Assembly: GCA_012295275.1 (NCBI GenBank)
Contig: CM022666.1
Coordinates: 11,284,001 to 11,348,000, forward strand
Origin: Chrysomallon squamiferum
Lineage: Eukaryota > Animalia > Mollusca
Direction of reading: 5' to 3'
DNA length: 64,000 nucleotides
Positions 41,537 through 56,230 of the stretch are shown here, one piece after another. The stretch's first letter is position 1. Each line of letters begins with the position of its first letter. The notes below the pieces were generated by a model. It searched no databases and was not told the DNA's origin. It saw nothing but the letters and a program-made list of their open reading frames with translations. The translations under genes were made by a program, and so were the position numbers.

Positions 41537-43505
41537 CATATATACATTTTTTTTAAAAACCTCTTTCAAAATGATCATTCAGGATCTAAACAAGCAATTA
41601 AATACTGACAATATGCATATGTAAATAACAAGTAATTTATCAAAGTAAATACAGTTCAAGCTGTATTCTTTGTCAGTGAAGAAATTTAGCTAATAATCGT
41701 ATCTGCAGGATATATTTATATACACACATTTAATACTGACTTAGTTAAATCCAATTTAAAAATTAATCCATCTTTCAAACATCCAGAATCTGTGAAGGAA
41801 TATGATCAACATTATGTGATTTTTGTTTTCTGAAATGGATTAATGAAACATCAGATAAACATGTCTTACCTATTTAGGATTTTTCTGATTTTATTTATGA
41901 TATGAAAATGGAAAGCCATAGCTGTCAATCCATGACAGATTTTTAATGCAGACATCTGCAAATTAATGATTTAAGAAAAAGACTTGCATTTTGTATGAGC
42001 TTGGTAGAGAAATTTGTTATAAATAATTTACAACACATGTGGAAAGAATTTATTTTTCTTCTTTTCACATTTAAAAAGAAAATATGTATATATTAATAAT
42101 TATATATGCACAATGTTACAAACCTATCAACCAAAAAGTTAATCTATTTGGCAAACAATTTATTACTTCAGTTCTGGACACTGGCATGAACATTAATATC
42201 TTGATATTTTGAAATTATTGCATACAAAATTTCATGAATTTTAAAAATATATATGATAAAATTTTGAAATTAAAAGAGTTTTTATATTTTTATTTTCTTA
42301 TTATTAGTGAAATGGTGTCAGTCTATGCTTTAATGCATTACAGTCAGTCTTGTTAGTATAACAGCTTAACTGTAATGGACATAAGATGTGTAAATTTGTA
42401 GATTTGGTTAATGTCTTAGTCACGATATTCCCAGAATATTTATTAAAAATAGTAACATTAAAACTAATTATACATGTAAACTAGCTAGTCCTAATTCTGA
42501 TTTACTATGAAAATGTTTTATTTTCATTAACTCAGAGGAAAATAACACACTGCACATGGAACAAGGTTTTCTGTATGTATAAATAACTTAGTGAGTATTC
42601 CTATATTATAAATAATCAGATTCAGCTCTATTCAATTGTTAGTCAACAATCAATGTACCAAAAACTGTGATCGAAATTTCACAAAAACAATGTGACTGTG
42701 CTAAAATCTAGAATTGCCACTGTGGGCATGAAGATTAAAAATGGTATCTATAACAGTTACAAAAAGAATACATAAAAATAGTATGTATAATGAAGAATTT
42801 AAAACAAAAATAAAATAAAACTATAAGATGTTGATTTTAATGATCTGCTTATAAACATCTTGGAATTAACTTCAATATATATTCAAAAAATTCCTCTATT
42901 TTTTTCTTATTATTTCAAAAATCATTTTCACGCATACAAATATTTGAAGATTTTTTTATTACATAGCACGTAATTTAGAAGAAGAATTTAGACCTTACCA
43001 AAATAAACTGACAATAATTTTCAGTAACTGCATTAGTTAATTAACCTTGCATGAACAAACAAGAACAAGGGAAAGCAATATGAGATAACTTCAATATATT
43101 TCACAAACAGAAAAATAGTGAATGCTAACTTAAAAATATCCATTATGGATAACTGGACAGTAGCAAAAGCTGAAACTGAAAATCAAAACTACAACAGTAC
43201 AAGCAAAGATAATTAAGGCTTCAGTAAAAACTTTAAAATGTCCTACTATGGTTGAAAAGAAAAATTAAATTTTTGTCTAAATTAAGACTCTTCCTAACAT
43301 AAATTCGGAAACGAGGGAAAAGTAAAAGGAATAATAACCATATACATCTTCCAAACACGCAGTTTTATTTATATAAGTTACTATGTCATGTGCAACGACA
43401 TTAACTTCGTTCTGTTAATGAAGTATCCATGAACGATAACTCTAAAAGCATTTTCTTTTTTTTTTTTTATTTTTTTTTTCTAGTATTATCATTAGCATAA
43501 TCAAC

Positions 43506-46500
43506 ATGGCGAACGCTGGTGAAAGCGTTTGTCACAATGATCCAAATTTTTCTGTAATTTGCTCATTTCTAGATAAATACAGCGAATTACTGGGTCTGCC
43601 GTCAATATCGTTTCAAGATCTACAGCGATATTTGGAAGATACAAAAGATGGTAAAGGAAATGCATGTAAAATACGCATTTATATGTGATTGTTGATATTT
43701 TGAATGACCTCAATCAATGCATTGTTGCCTGTATTGTCATAATTGTATAAGCATTCAGTTGCTCCTAATTGAAATGGTCGTGATAACATATAGTATATTT
43801 TTTTAGTATAATAACATATATATAATTTGAAAGAAACCTTCTTTTGTTCAATTTAATAATATTTATAATATCTATGTATGAGATAATTATAATAGAATTT
43901 ATTATTTACATAATATTTATTAAGAAATTATTGTTGACAGTTTCTGAGATTTTAATAACTCATACTATGATACTATTATTCTAAGTCTGTGCATTATTAT
44001 TAAGTGATTTAATGTTGAAGTTTGCAAATAGTATATTACTAGAACTGGAACTATCTAGGGTAGAATACTAAAATGGTTTTCACAATGCAGTTTCTTTTGA
44101 ACTCTTTAGAACATATATGGACTATAATGTAACTGTGCTTTGTTAATAATGAAAATTAAAAAAAAAAAAAAAAAAAAAAATATATTTAGCAATAAAATGT
44201 GTAATGTCATATACTTTAAATGTGAAACTAGGCCAGCAATATTCACAATATATCATAAACAAAGATGTTGTATTTGGAAAATATTTCAAACAGTTATACA
44301 TTTAAAAAAATATATAGCAACTTTATAAACATTTTTGAGCAGACAAAATATCTTATTTTTAGTTTGGTATAGATAAGATCATTTTATACCTTTTGTTAAA
44401 CCATGAACAGTCAGGTTTATTCACATTTAGCAATGTAATAATCTGTATGGAATTCCAGCTTTTGTATACAAAAAGATAAATGTAATGTTATAATTTTGTT
44501 TTCAGTGCCATTGAAAATACATTTTTTATCCATACCCACAGGAATTCTTATAGAGAATAAAATACTCTAAATATTCAGTGTTAAACTTTGGTTCCAGTTA
44601 TATTACCAATTTTGTTTTGTTATATCCATAATTTTGAAATTCTTCCTCTTGTAATTTTTATTTTCATTATGTTTTCTGAAATATTAAAATCAAATTATAT
44701 TATTATTTGATATTAAGTTGACATTTATGTAAATAAATATTCTTTTAGTTTCCAAAGTTCTGATTGATCTTCATGTTTGGCTGCTGAGACGAATTGGTCG
44801 ACACAGTGTGACTGCTGAGCGCTTAGACAGAAGTCTTATAAAGGTGTGTTTCAGAGAAAGATAATTATTTCCTTGTCTATTAATTGTCATTATTATTTTA
44901 TTGTTGTGAGGTATAAACTTCAAGTTCCAAACAATTATTGAAGGAAAAAAATATGGCATTATTAAGTTATTTTCTTAGATAATTAGATTAATCATATTAT
45001 TTATTAATTATTAGTATATAAAATAAAATTATATTAATATTTAACAAAAATGAAAATAAATTACACAGTACCACTTAATTCTGACAGTCAAATTATACAC
45101 ATTTTTTTTCTTTAAAATATTTAAATTATAATTTAGAATAAATTAAAAACACACACAGACACACACCAACAATTTAAATCATTCTTAATTTATTCTCAGT
45201 TTTTGTTTGCTGTTTTTTTTCTTTAAATTTTAGTTTTGCCATTGGTTCTCTGATGTTGATGCCTGGGAAGTTGAAAGATTTGGATATAAACATTCCAAAT
45301 TAAGTACAAAACTACGTATCTTGAAAGTAAGTATTCATTATTAATAATATATCTCGACAACAAATTTATGTCATGAAAAAAAATTCATATAATTTTTAAA
45401 AAAGTGAACTGATAATTTGTTATACAACTAACTTCATATAATAAAAATGTTTTGATGCAGATTTTGTTTGCTTTTATTAAACTTTGTTATTTGTATTTGT
45501 ATTTTGCAGAATTTGTTGGAGTGTCAGTTTGATAACAATGTCAAGTTTAAAGACAAAATCAATGAGTTGGATCCAGAATCAATGCGATTCCATCCAATTG
45601 GCCGGGACAAAAATGGAATGGCATATTGGTATCTTCTGGTAAGTATTGTTTGACATTTTTTATATTATTTCCATTTGTATTCCAAGCTGTAAAAATGTAC
45701 ACCTTCGAAAAGGTATAAAATTAATTTTTTCTTAATATATCTGATAATTATAATAAAAATTTCACAGATAATTCCTTTTTTTTTTTGGTTTGCCTAAAAT
45801 AATAATTTTTTTCTTTCTGTTTTACAATTTTCTAATTGGAGTGTTTTATTATGGCAGCTGAGGCTTAGATTGTGATTTTTTTTTTTTTTTTTTTTTAATG
45901 ACATTCATCTTCTGATAAAACAAATGTCCTCTTTACTGTTCAGTATGGTACTGATTTCAGACATAAAGGATTCACACAAATTATTTTCATTTATTTCTCT
46001 TCGAAATAGCATTTTAAAAATAATCAAATATATGAATTTGTTTTATTATCCTGTAAAATATATTGTCAGATAAAAACATTTTGAAGTCATTTTTCAGTAC
46101 ACAGAATTTTGCAAATAATTGTTATAAAAATATTACTTTCAGACAAAGTGATGAAATTTAAAATTTGTATATAAATTATTGTGACATAAATGAATTTATC
46201 TGTTCAGGATCAAGACTATAACTTATTGGTGTATCGTGATGAGCAGGATGATGTAGATGCAGAAACATGGGAACTGGTTTGCAAGTATGAACTTTAGTTT
46301 TATTATGTGCTAAAAAGCAACTAACTCACATAACTTTAAGATTTTAGGGTTATTAAAGTACAAAATAAAATTAAAAATCATGTTCAAAATGTTGTTCATA
46401 GGTACAGTTAAATATGATTAACATGGGTTAGATCATTCTGATAGTAATAGACAATATCTGTATTTATAACTACACAATTCAAATTGGTTGGGCACTTCAT

Positions 46501-49500
46501 TTTTGGTTGAAAATATTTGAAATTTTTTGTTTTCTTGAGAACTGGTTTGAATGCAGTAATAATGATGGTAGCAGAATACCAGTAATTGTTTATTAAACTC
46601 AAAGCCAGTTGAAACCGTTCACCTGTAATCTGCATTTAAAGTAATAGTAAATTTCATGTTTTGATTATGTTGATTATTTTTTGGATGAAATTTTCAAGAG
46701 TCTATAACATAAGTAACAAACTTACACTGTTTATTATTCATTTTAGTTATAAGAACATGTTTAGATTATAATCTATATTTTCTTTCAGAGACCGTGATGA
46801 TTTAGCAGCTCTAATATCAAAACTAGTTGAGAATAACGATCTGCAAAACAAAGCAGATGAAACAAACTGTAAGTAATATAATATTTTTGAAAGTTCCTTC
46901 TTTCTTTACATTTCTATGTATGTTATTCTGACATTCGTATTTATTTGTATAGATTTTTAAGGTTATTTTAGTAATTATTATTTTTTTGATTTGCTATATT
47001 ATAGGCAATTATATTTTCCATAGTTACATTATAATCATTAACTGTGATTTGTTTTCAATTTTAGCTTCTAACAAAAGCAGTAAGGAGGGAAGTCCAGACA
47101 TAGAAAGTCATCCAAATGAAGATCTTCCACAGAATGACAAACCAAATACTAATAGTGACTTGAAAATTGAATCTGAACTGAAAATGATGATAAAGCTTGA
47201 ATATATTGATGAGAAAAATATAAAGACATATGAGAGTACCAAAATGGAACAAAACAATGCTGGCAGTGAAAATGTAATTAAACAAGAGAAAGAAGAACAG
47301 TTATTAAAGCAAGAACATGCCAAGTTAGAAACTGAAGAGATCAAACAGTCTGAGACTGTTTGTAAGACTGACGCTGATAAAGAGATAACAGACAGTTTAA
47401 AGGTAAACAACAATAGTGACAGCCAGACAGATTCAGTATTAAAAGAATCAAATGTGGAGCATCAGGACAAAGAAGACAGAGTTGCTCCAGATAAAGATGG
47501 GACAACAGATATTAGAGATATGAAGAAAGAATTGCCAGTAAGCAATTTAGAAATAGCAAAATCTGAAGATTTCACCACTAATACCTCAGAGACTAAACCA
47601 GAAATATCTGAAACAAAAGAGAGTGACTACATAGATAATAATGATAAATCTTCTGTTGATGAACCTAAAGAAAGGATCAGTTCAAAAGTGTCATCAGTAG
47701 ACCAGAAAAGTGACAGCAGTTCTGTGTCATATGACAAACAGGAAACCATCAGATCTGAGACTGTGTCAAGCAAGGGAGAAACTGTGCTGGGTGAAAAGGA
47801 ATGTGAATCAAAAAACTTGCAAGATGTGTCTTCTTTAGAGATAAAAGAAAATGAATTAAAATCCCATCCCAATGAAAATAACCTTACAGAAAACCAGCCA
47901 GAACATGACAAGGAAAGTGATTTCAAACAAGACACACCTCATGAAGACAAGCTTGAAAAAAAAGATGATAATTTGGAGACTGACAACAGTTGTTTCCATA
48001 CTGATGAGGATAAAAACAATATTTTTTCAAAAGCAAAACATGAAGAAATTGAATCCAAAGAAAAAGGAGACACAGAAAATGATTTAGAAAGAAGCCAAAA
48101 TAATGAAAAACCAGAAAGTACTAAGAGTAATGTTTTAGAAGCAGATAGTGAGATATCTCATTATGATAATATGGATGAAAAGGATAAGCAGACTAATGAT
48201 GCTTTGCAAAAAAATATAAATTCCAGTGGACAGGAAGCAGATAATATGAGTAATTCTTCTCAGAAGGAAAAAGCTGAAAATAAATTACCTGAACAAGATG
48301 TTGAATCTAATAAACTTGTAGCTGAGATGCAGTCAGTCAGCACATGTTCATATGAAGAACCTGTTATAACAAGGACAAGAAAAGCAAGCAAGAAAAGTTT
48401 ATCCCAGCAACAAAATCTTCATGTGAACGGGGTAAGTGAAAACACTCAGGCAGTTGGAATCAAAGGTAAAGCTACCAAAAGAAAAGCAGACATTAATGAT
48501 GATGTGAATGGAAAAGATGATTCAAATGATAAAAGTGAGATTTCATCTGATGATGACATTACTAAAACTTCATCACGACAGACTATGAACAAGTCAAGAC
48601 TGAAAAGATCTGCAATTAACTCTGAGTACAAAGAACCAGCAGAGAAAAAAGCAAAGAGAGGGAAAGGTCCTGGCAGAACAGGGACACTTTTAAGAGCAAA
48701 GAGAAAGGTTACAGTGTTTGATGAATCATCTGATTCTAGTGACAGTGATGATGTGCCACTTAGTGTTATCAAAGGACAAAATAAGGCAGGTAGAGTCAGC
48801 AGGAAAAAAAAAGGTCAAGTTAGACAAAGAAACAATTCCAAAGAAGGAGTTTCCTCAGAAAAAACTTCATTCAAATCAAAGGTTTGTACATTTTATTCTT
48901 TGTTTATTTATGAAATTTTTCTATCTCATACATTAGGTCTTCACCATTAAGCTAATACTTTGAGTCAATATTTTTACCAATTTTTTTAAAACCAGCTTTA
49001 TGGTTTATAAATTACCTACATCTATTTATTTTGGTAATTTTATCATCATTTCACAATACAATCTTGTCTTTTAAACACTTTCCACTGTTCCCATGACAAC
49101 ACATCCTGCTTCACTATTGTGATATTTGATAATGATTCCATGCTATTTCCTGCATTCAGAATATTTGATATCACCTGAAAGTACTGCAGGGATTACCATA
49201 AATCATGATATTTTAAGCCTAAAAACTGACCTCAGCTTAACAGCCTCATAGGTTTAAAGGCTGGGACCTATGGTAATTATTAAAAGTGCCATGATGAATT
49301 CTGCCATTTGTTTCTACTACATACACACATACATATTACTATAAATATTGCCAGATTTTCCTTTGCTTGTATCAGATTTATTATTTAATTATCACTGTTA
49401 TGCACTATTCAGAAAACCAAGTCTTCAGAAACGAACACAAGTGATGAATCAGATGAGTTTGTACAAAATAAAAAAGGTCGAGGTTCAGCAACTAAAAGGA

Positions 49501-52500
49501 AAGCTCCAGTAGATCAAGACACTGACAAAGGCATTAAACCAAGACGTAGTTTAAGGGTAAAAAAAATCAAAGTTAAAAAATAATTTTAAAATAAACACAA
49601 TCTTTCTTACAGTTTTTAAGATATCAGAATTATCTCTTTCTGTGCTAAAGAATAAATTCATATTCACTGTTTTAATTTGTTACTTTCTGGGAAATCTCTA
49701 AACAGTTACTTAGTAAGAAATCTGGAGTTTCATAGACAATCTAATATTATGTAAAAAAAATTAAAAAAAAAATTAAATTGTAAAGCAGAGACATTTAGCA
49801 TATCATTGAAAACATTTTTATTATCATTAATTGACTGATAAAAATTACTTTAAGAAATTTAATTTCAGGCATGTGTTGCAAGAAATAAACTATTAGCAGA
49901 ATCTCTTTCTGAGGAAGAACAGGCATCTTCTACAGAAGCCAGTATTGATTCCCCATCACCCACAGATTCTGATGATGAAGATTTCTTTTGTCCAAAAGGA
50001 AGAAATGCCCAGCGTGTAGCAGCACGTATAGGTAATTAAAATTTTAACAAAATACATATTTATTCATTTTAAATGGATCATAAAATACGATGTGTAAAAA
50101 TGTTTTTTTTTATTGCTCTCTTAAGTTAAACAAAGACAAAGTATTATGGGTTTTTTAAAATTAATTTGTAATTGAATTTAAAGAGTGAACATTTATTAGC
50201 ATTTATAAAATGTTTAAAAAATATATATATATAATGTGATTTCAGAACAAAAGGAATTTCAGCCAGGACCTGATGATACTCCTTGCTGTAGGTGTCATCT
50301 GTGTGACCATCCTGAATGGGTAAATAATTGTTTTACACTACAACAATGAAATAAAGCATCATCATTCTAAAAAACATCATTAGATAACTCTTTACAATAT
50401 GATTCATGAACTGTGCAATTATGTGTTCTGCCAAAGAAGCAGTAGTTACAATACATTCAAAGGAAGAACAGATATAATCTGAATCTAAGAAGAAAAGATG
50501 AAAAATAGAAGTTTATCATCAACATTATGACATTGTAGTAAGAAACACTATTACTGCACATTACTTGAAAATTAGTAGATAAACTAGTAGTTGTATGTGA
50601 TATTAATATTTGTCAGCTTATTTTGTTATCACACTGATTAAGAATTAAGAGGAATATTTGATATCACTTACTAACTAATTTATCAGTTTATGTTATAAAT
50701 TTAGTGTTTTGATTACAGTGGACCAATATGTGTTTTGAAGGTCGAAAACCGAATTTTGATATTTTGTTATTTTAGATGTTGCTGTGTGACAAGTGTGATG
50801 CTGGTTATCACACTGCCTGTCTTCGACCTCCACTCATGATTATTCCAGATGGTGATTGGTTCTGTCCTCCATGTGAACATGTTAGCAGTCTATTACTTTT
50901 AACTCTCTCTCAGATATACACTTAGAACTGTCAAAAAACTAAATAATTTATAATGAAGTATAACACTATATTCTTTAAAAGGTCAGTTTTAACAGATGTT
51001 TGCCTCTTTATATTTTTATGTTATTTCTACAATTTTTCTTAATTAGAATTTTTATTGTTGAAGTGCACTTACTAAAATTTTAAGGATTGTTTTTATTTAC
51101 AAATTTCATCTTAGCATATATAGAAAAGTTTGTTTAATTTAAATTTCAGAAATTTCTTATTGAGAAACTTCAAGAACAACTGGCCAGTCTTGATGTATTT
51201 CTGAAGAAAAAGGCACGCCTTATTAAACGGTAAAAATTTATTACATTTTAAAACAAAAATCCTTCAGTTTGGATGTGAAGATATTTAACTTTGTCAAATT
51301 ATGTTACAGGCAGCAACTAGTTTATCATGCTGTTTAATCTCATTATGGTATTAATAAATACTTTTAATTTATCTATTTCAGGAAAGAGCGTCTTGCTTTT
51401 GTGGGAATTAGTCTTGATAATATTCTCAAAGAGGTAAATAATTAATATAGTTTTCTCTGCTTTTCTCAAATATTCTGTGTTGTAAAGATAGTTAATCTTT
51501 GAAGGAGGTTTTTTGTTATGTTATGAACAAATATAATAAAAGATAATTAATAATTAGATCATAAAAATTTGAATAAAGGTTAATAATTGTCATAATTTTG
51601 TACAAAAGTTCCAAATTTCCTTTTGAATTTGTCAATTTATAAATGAAATATTTTCAAAATGCATTAACAGTAAAACATTATTTTAATTACTGACTGAAAA
51701 AAATTAACATTTTTTACAGAGATCAATTCATTATTTTAAAATGTTTTAGGATACAAAGAAGAGTATTATATTACAAGAAGTATATGATGAAGAGGAAACA
51801 AAGCCACCAGTTGTTCAGAAATCAAGACGTGACAAAAAGAAAGAAAGAGATGAAATTGAACCTCTGCCAGAAGAGGTTTATGCTAAACGTTCATGCAGAA
51901 TGAGGAAAACAATGAACTACAACTTCACTGAATACGATGAACTCATTAACAGTGCTATCCAGGAGGATATCAGAGATGTTGATCTCTCTCAGCCTCCAGG
52001 TTAATACATTTAGTACTTAACTGAACTCTTAATTGTCAAACTTTAATAGTGTTAGTCCTAAGGTTATTTATATTTCATTTATAATGATTAACTTGTTTAC
52101 CTTTCAAGTGGTTTACTGACTTATATAACTAGATTATAGGATTAGATTTAGTAATATTTTATTATTTACAGAGTTCAGTTATGTCATCATATTTTGCACT
52201 ACAGATTTGGTAATAACTGAAATCTTTTAACATATCAACTATCTAGACACTGTATTAGATTTATAATAATTAGATTTTGAATTCTTAAATTTGCATTATT
52301 GATATATGATCATGTTATACTAAATAAATGTGTTAACTTTTCAAACTAATTATACCTAAGTATACATAAAAGATTTAGTAATGTCTAATTTCTTTACCAT
52401 TCAGTCAATCTGAACTTTAGTTACTGTTATGTTATCAGACTCTGTTTTGAGTCAATAAAAAATGGATAACTTTGTTATCAATATCATAAATAGATTTTGA

Positions 52501-55500
52501 TCAAAATGATAATGCATTTTAAAATATAAAAAGAAAGCTGATGTTTATGTCTTGAATATATATATATTTCTTTTGAGACAGCAAAATGTTAAGTAGTTTG
52601 TTGTGGAAATGTTTAAAATATTTACACCATTGAGAGTTGTGTCACCTCTTTAACATAGTTCCATTATTCTGCTTGTAAACTGCATTTTAATTCAATTTAT
52701 GCATGATATTAAGGCAAAAAGTAGATTTGTAGTATTCTGTATTAAATTGGTCATACGGATAATTATGTAAGCATTTCATGATCTGTAATGACATTATAAC
52801 CACATTTAATCATATGTTTTTAATAATCAACTATTAGGGTTGTCATCTGTTACTATTTTCAGTTAAAGAGGTAATACTATTACATATTAGATCCATTTGG
52901 GAGACATTTAACTCCCTTTTGGCACACTTAATAATTGATTCATGTGATTAAAAAAAATCCTAATTAATTTTGCATATTCTTTTTGAATAAATGTTCAAAA
53001 TCAGTTAAGAGTAAAACATTTTTGTTCTTGTTTTTCTGATTTGCCTAGAAATGTTTCTCAATATCAAATTACTTTGAAAGACAGTCCTGTAATTGCCATA
53101 TAAATCCTATCGTTATTTATTTATAATGTTTCAATAACTAAATGATAGGACTAACCTCATTACAAGTTAGAACTTATTATTTTTGAGTAACTGGTGATTT
53201 TCATCACATGTTCATTGTCTACGTATAATTGTGGATTTCATCAGATTTTGGCATGGTAATGTCAGATTTCAGGTGATACCTTATTTAATATTAATTTCTA
53301 ATAAATCTTATACTGAATTTTTTTTTAATTTTTTTTTTTAATGAAAGAAAAGTGGCTGGCACATGTAGCTCCAGTAGAATGAAATCATAACTTAATTAGA
53401 AAGCACTGCAAGTTAGATGTTTTCATTTGCCTGATAGCAGCAAGTTAGTGAAAATGCTCATAAAGGATTTTATAAATTTTTAATTAACAAAAATATTTTT
53501 TGTGTTTATTTTTATTTATTTATTTTTTTGTTTTTTTATTTATTTTTTATATGTTGACATTTTTTATTTTCAATTCCATTCATTGTTTGCATTCTTTTAT
53601 TTTCAGGTATTGGTCGAGGAAAAGATATTTCTAATATAATTCAGGCAGTAGAAGCTGATGAAGAAGTGAATGGCAAACCTCCACCAGTGCTCAGTCGAGT
53701 AGCAGCTACCAAAAAGCAGCGTAAAGGTCGACGACTTACACAGCTTGACAGTGATGACAATGATGATGATAGTGAAGAGTTCCAGATATCAGAGTAAGCT
53801 AAATGTTGTTTTACTTTAGACTTTTTTATCCTCTTGTTCTGAGATTTATTGCAGGAGAATGACTTTATAAAATTATTTAGTTATGGTTTATTAATATTTA
53901 AAAAAACATGCAGATACATTTTGTTCTTTTCAATTTATCAGAGAATCTGTGTCAGAAGCAAGTCTAGAAGAAGCTGATGAAGCTGCAAGTGATGAAAGTG
54001 ATGACTGGATGCCAGGTTGTGGTTCACGTCGACCCTCAACTAGAAAATCAAGCAGATCTTCTAAAGGAAAATCAAATAGATGGTCAAGCTATGCTAAAGA
54101 CTTTGGTGAGATTTATTTTCTGGTAAACGTTAAATAAGTCAAGCAAGGGAAATAAATTGGGCTCAACATTGTCTTAATTTTATTTAAATATTATAATAAA
54201 CAAATACTTTACATTTTAGCTAGACAGACAGACTTGTAGATATAAGGACAGAGACATACAGTGATGCAGACATATATATATATATATATATATACTACTG
54301 GCCTTTAGTTATGATTAAAACAAAAATACTTAACAGGAATAGTGTTTAAAGAGTGTCTCTATTATTTGTTTAATTTTACTTTTTTTCAGTTGTTGATGAT
54401 GATTATGAAAGTTCAGATAGCCTCAACAACAGAAGATCAACACGATCAAAATCACGAAAACAAGTTAATTACCAAGAATTTAATTCAGATGAATCTGAAG
54501 CAGTTGAATCATCTGAGTCATCAGAATCTGCAAGTTTGTCAGATTTGTGTTCTGATGATTCTGATACAAAAACTAAAAAGCCAAGTCGAAGAGTTATCAA
54601 ATCAGAAAGTGAGGAGGAAGAAGCTGAAGCAAAGAGTCTTAAAAAGAAAAAAATCCAAACTGTCAAGAAATCAAATAGGAACATTTCTGATTCTGAAAGT
54701 AATGAAGAATCGAGCTCAGAAGAAAAAATGCATATAAGACCAGTGAGACGTTCAGCTGCAAAGGTTAACTTTAAGCAGTTTGAAGAATCATCTTCAGAAA
54801 GTGTTTCAGAGAGAGAATCTAAGCCAGTGAAAAAGAAAAAGAATGTATTAGAGAGTGATTCTGAAAGTGAAAATGAGGACATGAACCCAGAGACCAAAGA
54901 TGAAAAAAACAATTATCCTGAATGTGGTATTCAAGAAGAATCAAAACCAAAGGTTGTGAAAAATTCCAAGGTAGAACATGAGAATGTTCTTGAACCAGAA
55001 GCTAAAGACACTGAAAATAATGTGTCTGTAATTGTAGACTCAGAAGATAATAAGGGATTAAATGAAATAGAAAAGGAAAATATTCATAATACACTAACCA
55101 GCCCACAAGCACTTCCAACATCAAAAGACAGACAGGCTCAAAACGTTCCTGATATTACTGATAGTAATCCACAGCTTGGATCAGCATCAGATTCTTTTGG
55201 TCCTCAAGGTCAGTCAAATTTTCCCCAGTCATATGGCTTACATCCTCCTCAATTGCACAATCAGTATGGACCCCCTTATGCAGCTTCCTATCGACACTGT
55301 CAGCATCCTATATCCCAAACACCACCATCCATGGGTTCTCCAAATCATCCTCATGCTTCACCACAACATATGCAAGGAACACCACCACACGACATACAAC
55401 ATGTTAAAGGACCTAAAAGATCACAGCAAGGAGCATATCCAAGTGGTGCCCAACATATAAGTCAAGGATACTATATGCAGGGCAGTCAGCAGCGTGGACC

Positions 55501-56230
55501 TGTTTGTCAGAACATAGTGGGTGCTTGTGGAAGTCCTCCTCATGGTCCTCACAGCACACCACCACAACATCCTCCACAAGGCACACCACCACACATGGGG
55601 GCAGGTCATTCTCATATTTCACCACCACCTCATCATAATCAGCAGTCTGGTCCCAGTCCTCATGGGCCAATGCAACAAGCACCTCCATCACATCCACATC
55701 AATATGGGCCATATCCAAATATGTATGGCACACAAGTCCCTTTTCCAAGGCCTGGAATAACACTTACAACAGGACCATGCATGTCTCCACCCATAAGCCA
55801 GATGCCCATCCCCACAAGTCAGCAGATTCCAGCTGTAGGGCCATCAGGACATTCTCAGTTAAATGGTCCTTCACATCACATCATGCCACATCAACTTAAA
55901 GGACCTCCAGTCCACAATTTTCAAGCATTGCAAAGACCAGATATTCTATCACAGGGTCAGAGACAGCCAGCAGTGCTACTGGAATCCAGAAACATGACTA
56001 ATCCACCTCAAGAGCTACAAAGACATTCAGTGCCCTGTCAAGGCAATCAGTTTACTACCATGACAGATTCAGGTGCAAATACAGGAAGTCGAGGGTTTAT
56101 GATGGACAATTTACTTAAAGACAATGTCCAGGCTCGCAAAGAACCTACAGGAGAAGAAGATGACTTGGAAGATGTATCTGACATAGTTAATTATGTTATG
56201 AATGATGATTATTTTAAAGATCACACATAG
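43506..56230 (+). CDS. RSF1: Remodeling and spacing factor 1 (ISWI partner; DDT/WHIM N-terminus, PHD finger), ~1831 aa
   Basis: Exons 43506-43650, 44749-44843, 45234-45326, 45510-45638, 46208-46284, 46789-46868, 47065-48881, 49413-49556, 49869-50031, 50246-50319, 50776-50880, 51150-51229, 51382-51433, 51750-51999, 53607-53793, 53942-54105, 54390-56230; GT-AG, total 5496 nt in frame. Motifs [43 protein letters not shown] (CCRC...[39 protein letters not shown]), [24 protein letters not shown] and the C-terminal [12 protein letters not shown] match the recalled RSF1. Confidence 0.95.

Noticed and set aside
47061-55763. Antisense and alternate-frame ORFs overlapping the large RSF1 exons
   Set aside because: Expected shadows of long biased-composition coding exons; no recognisable motifs.
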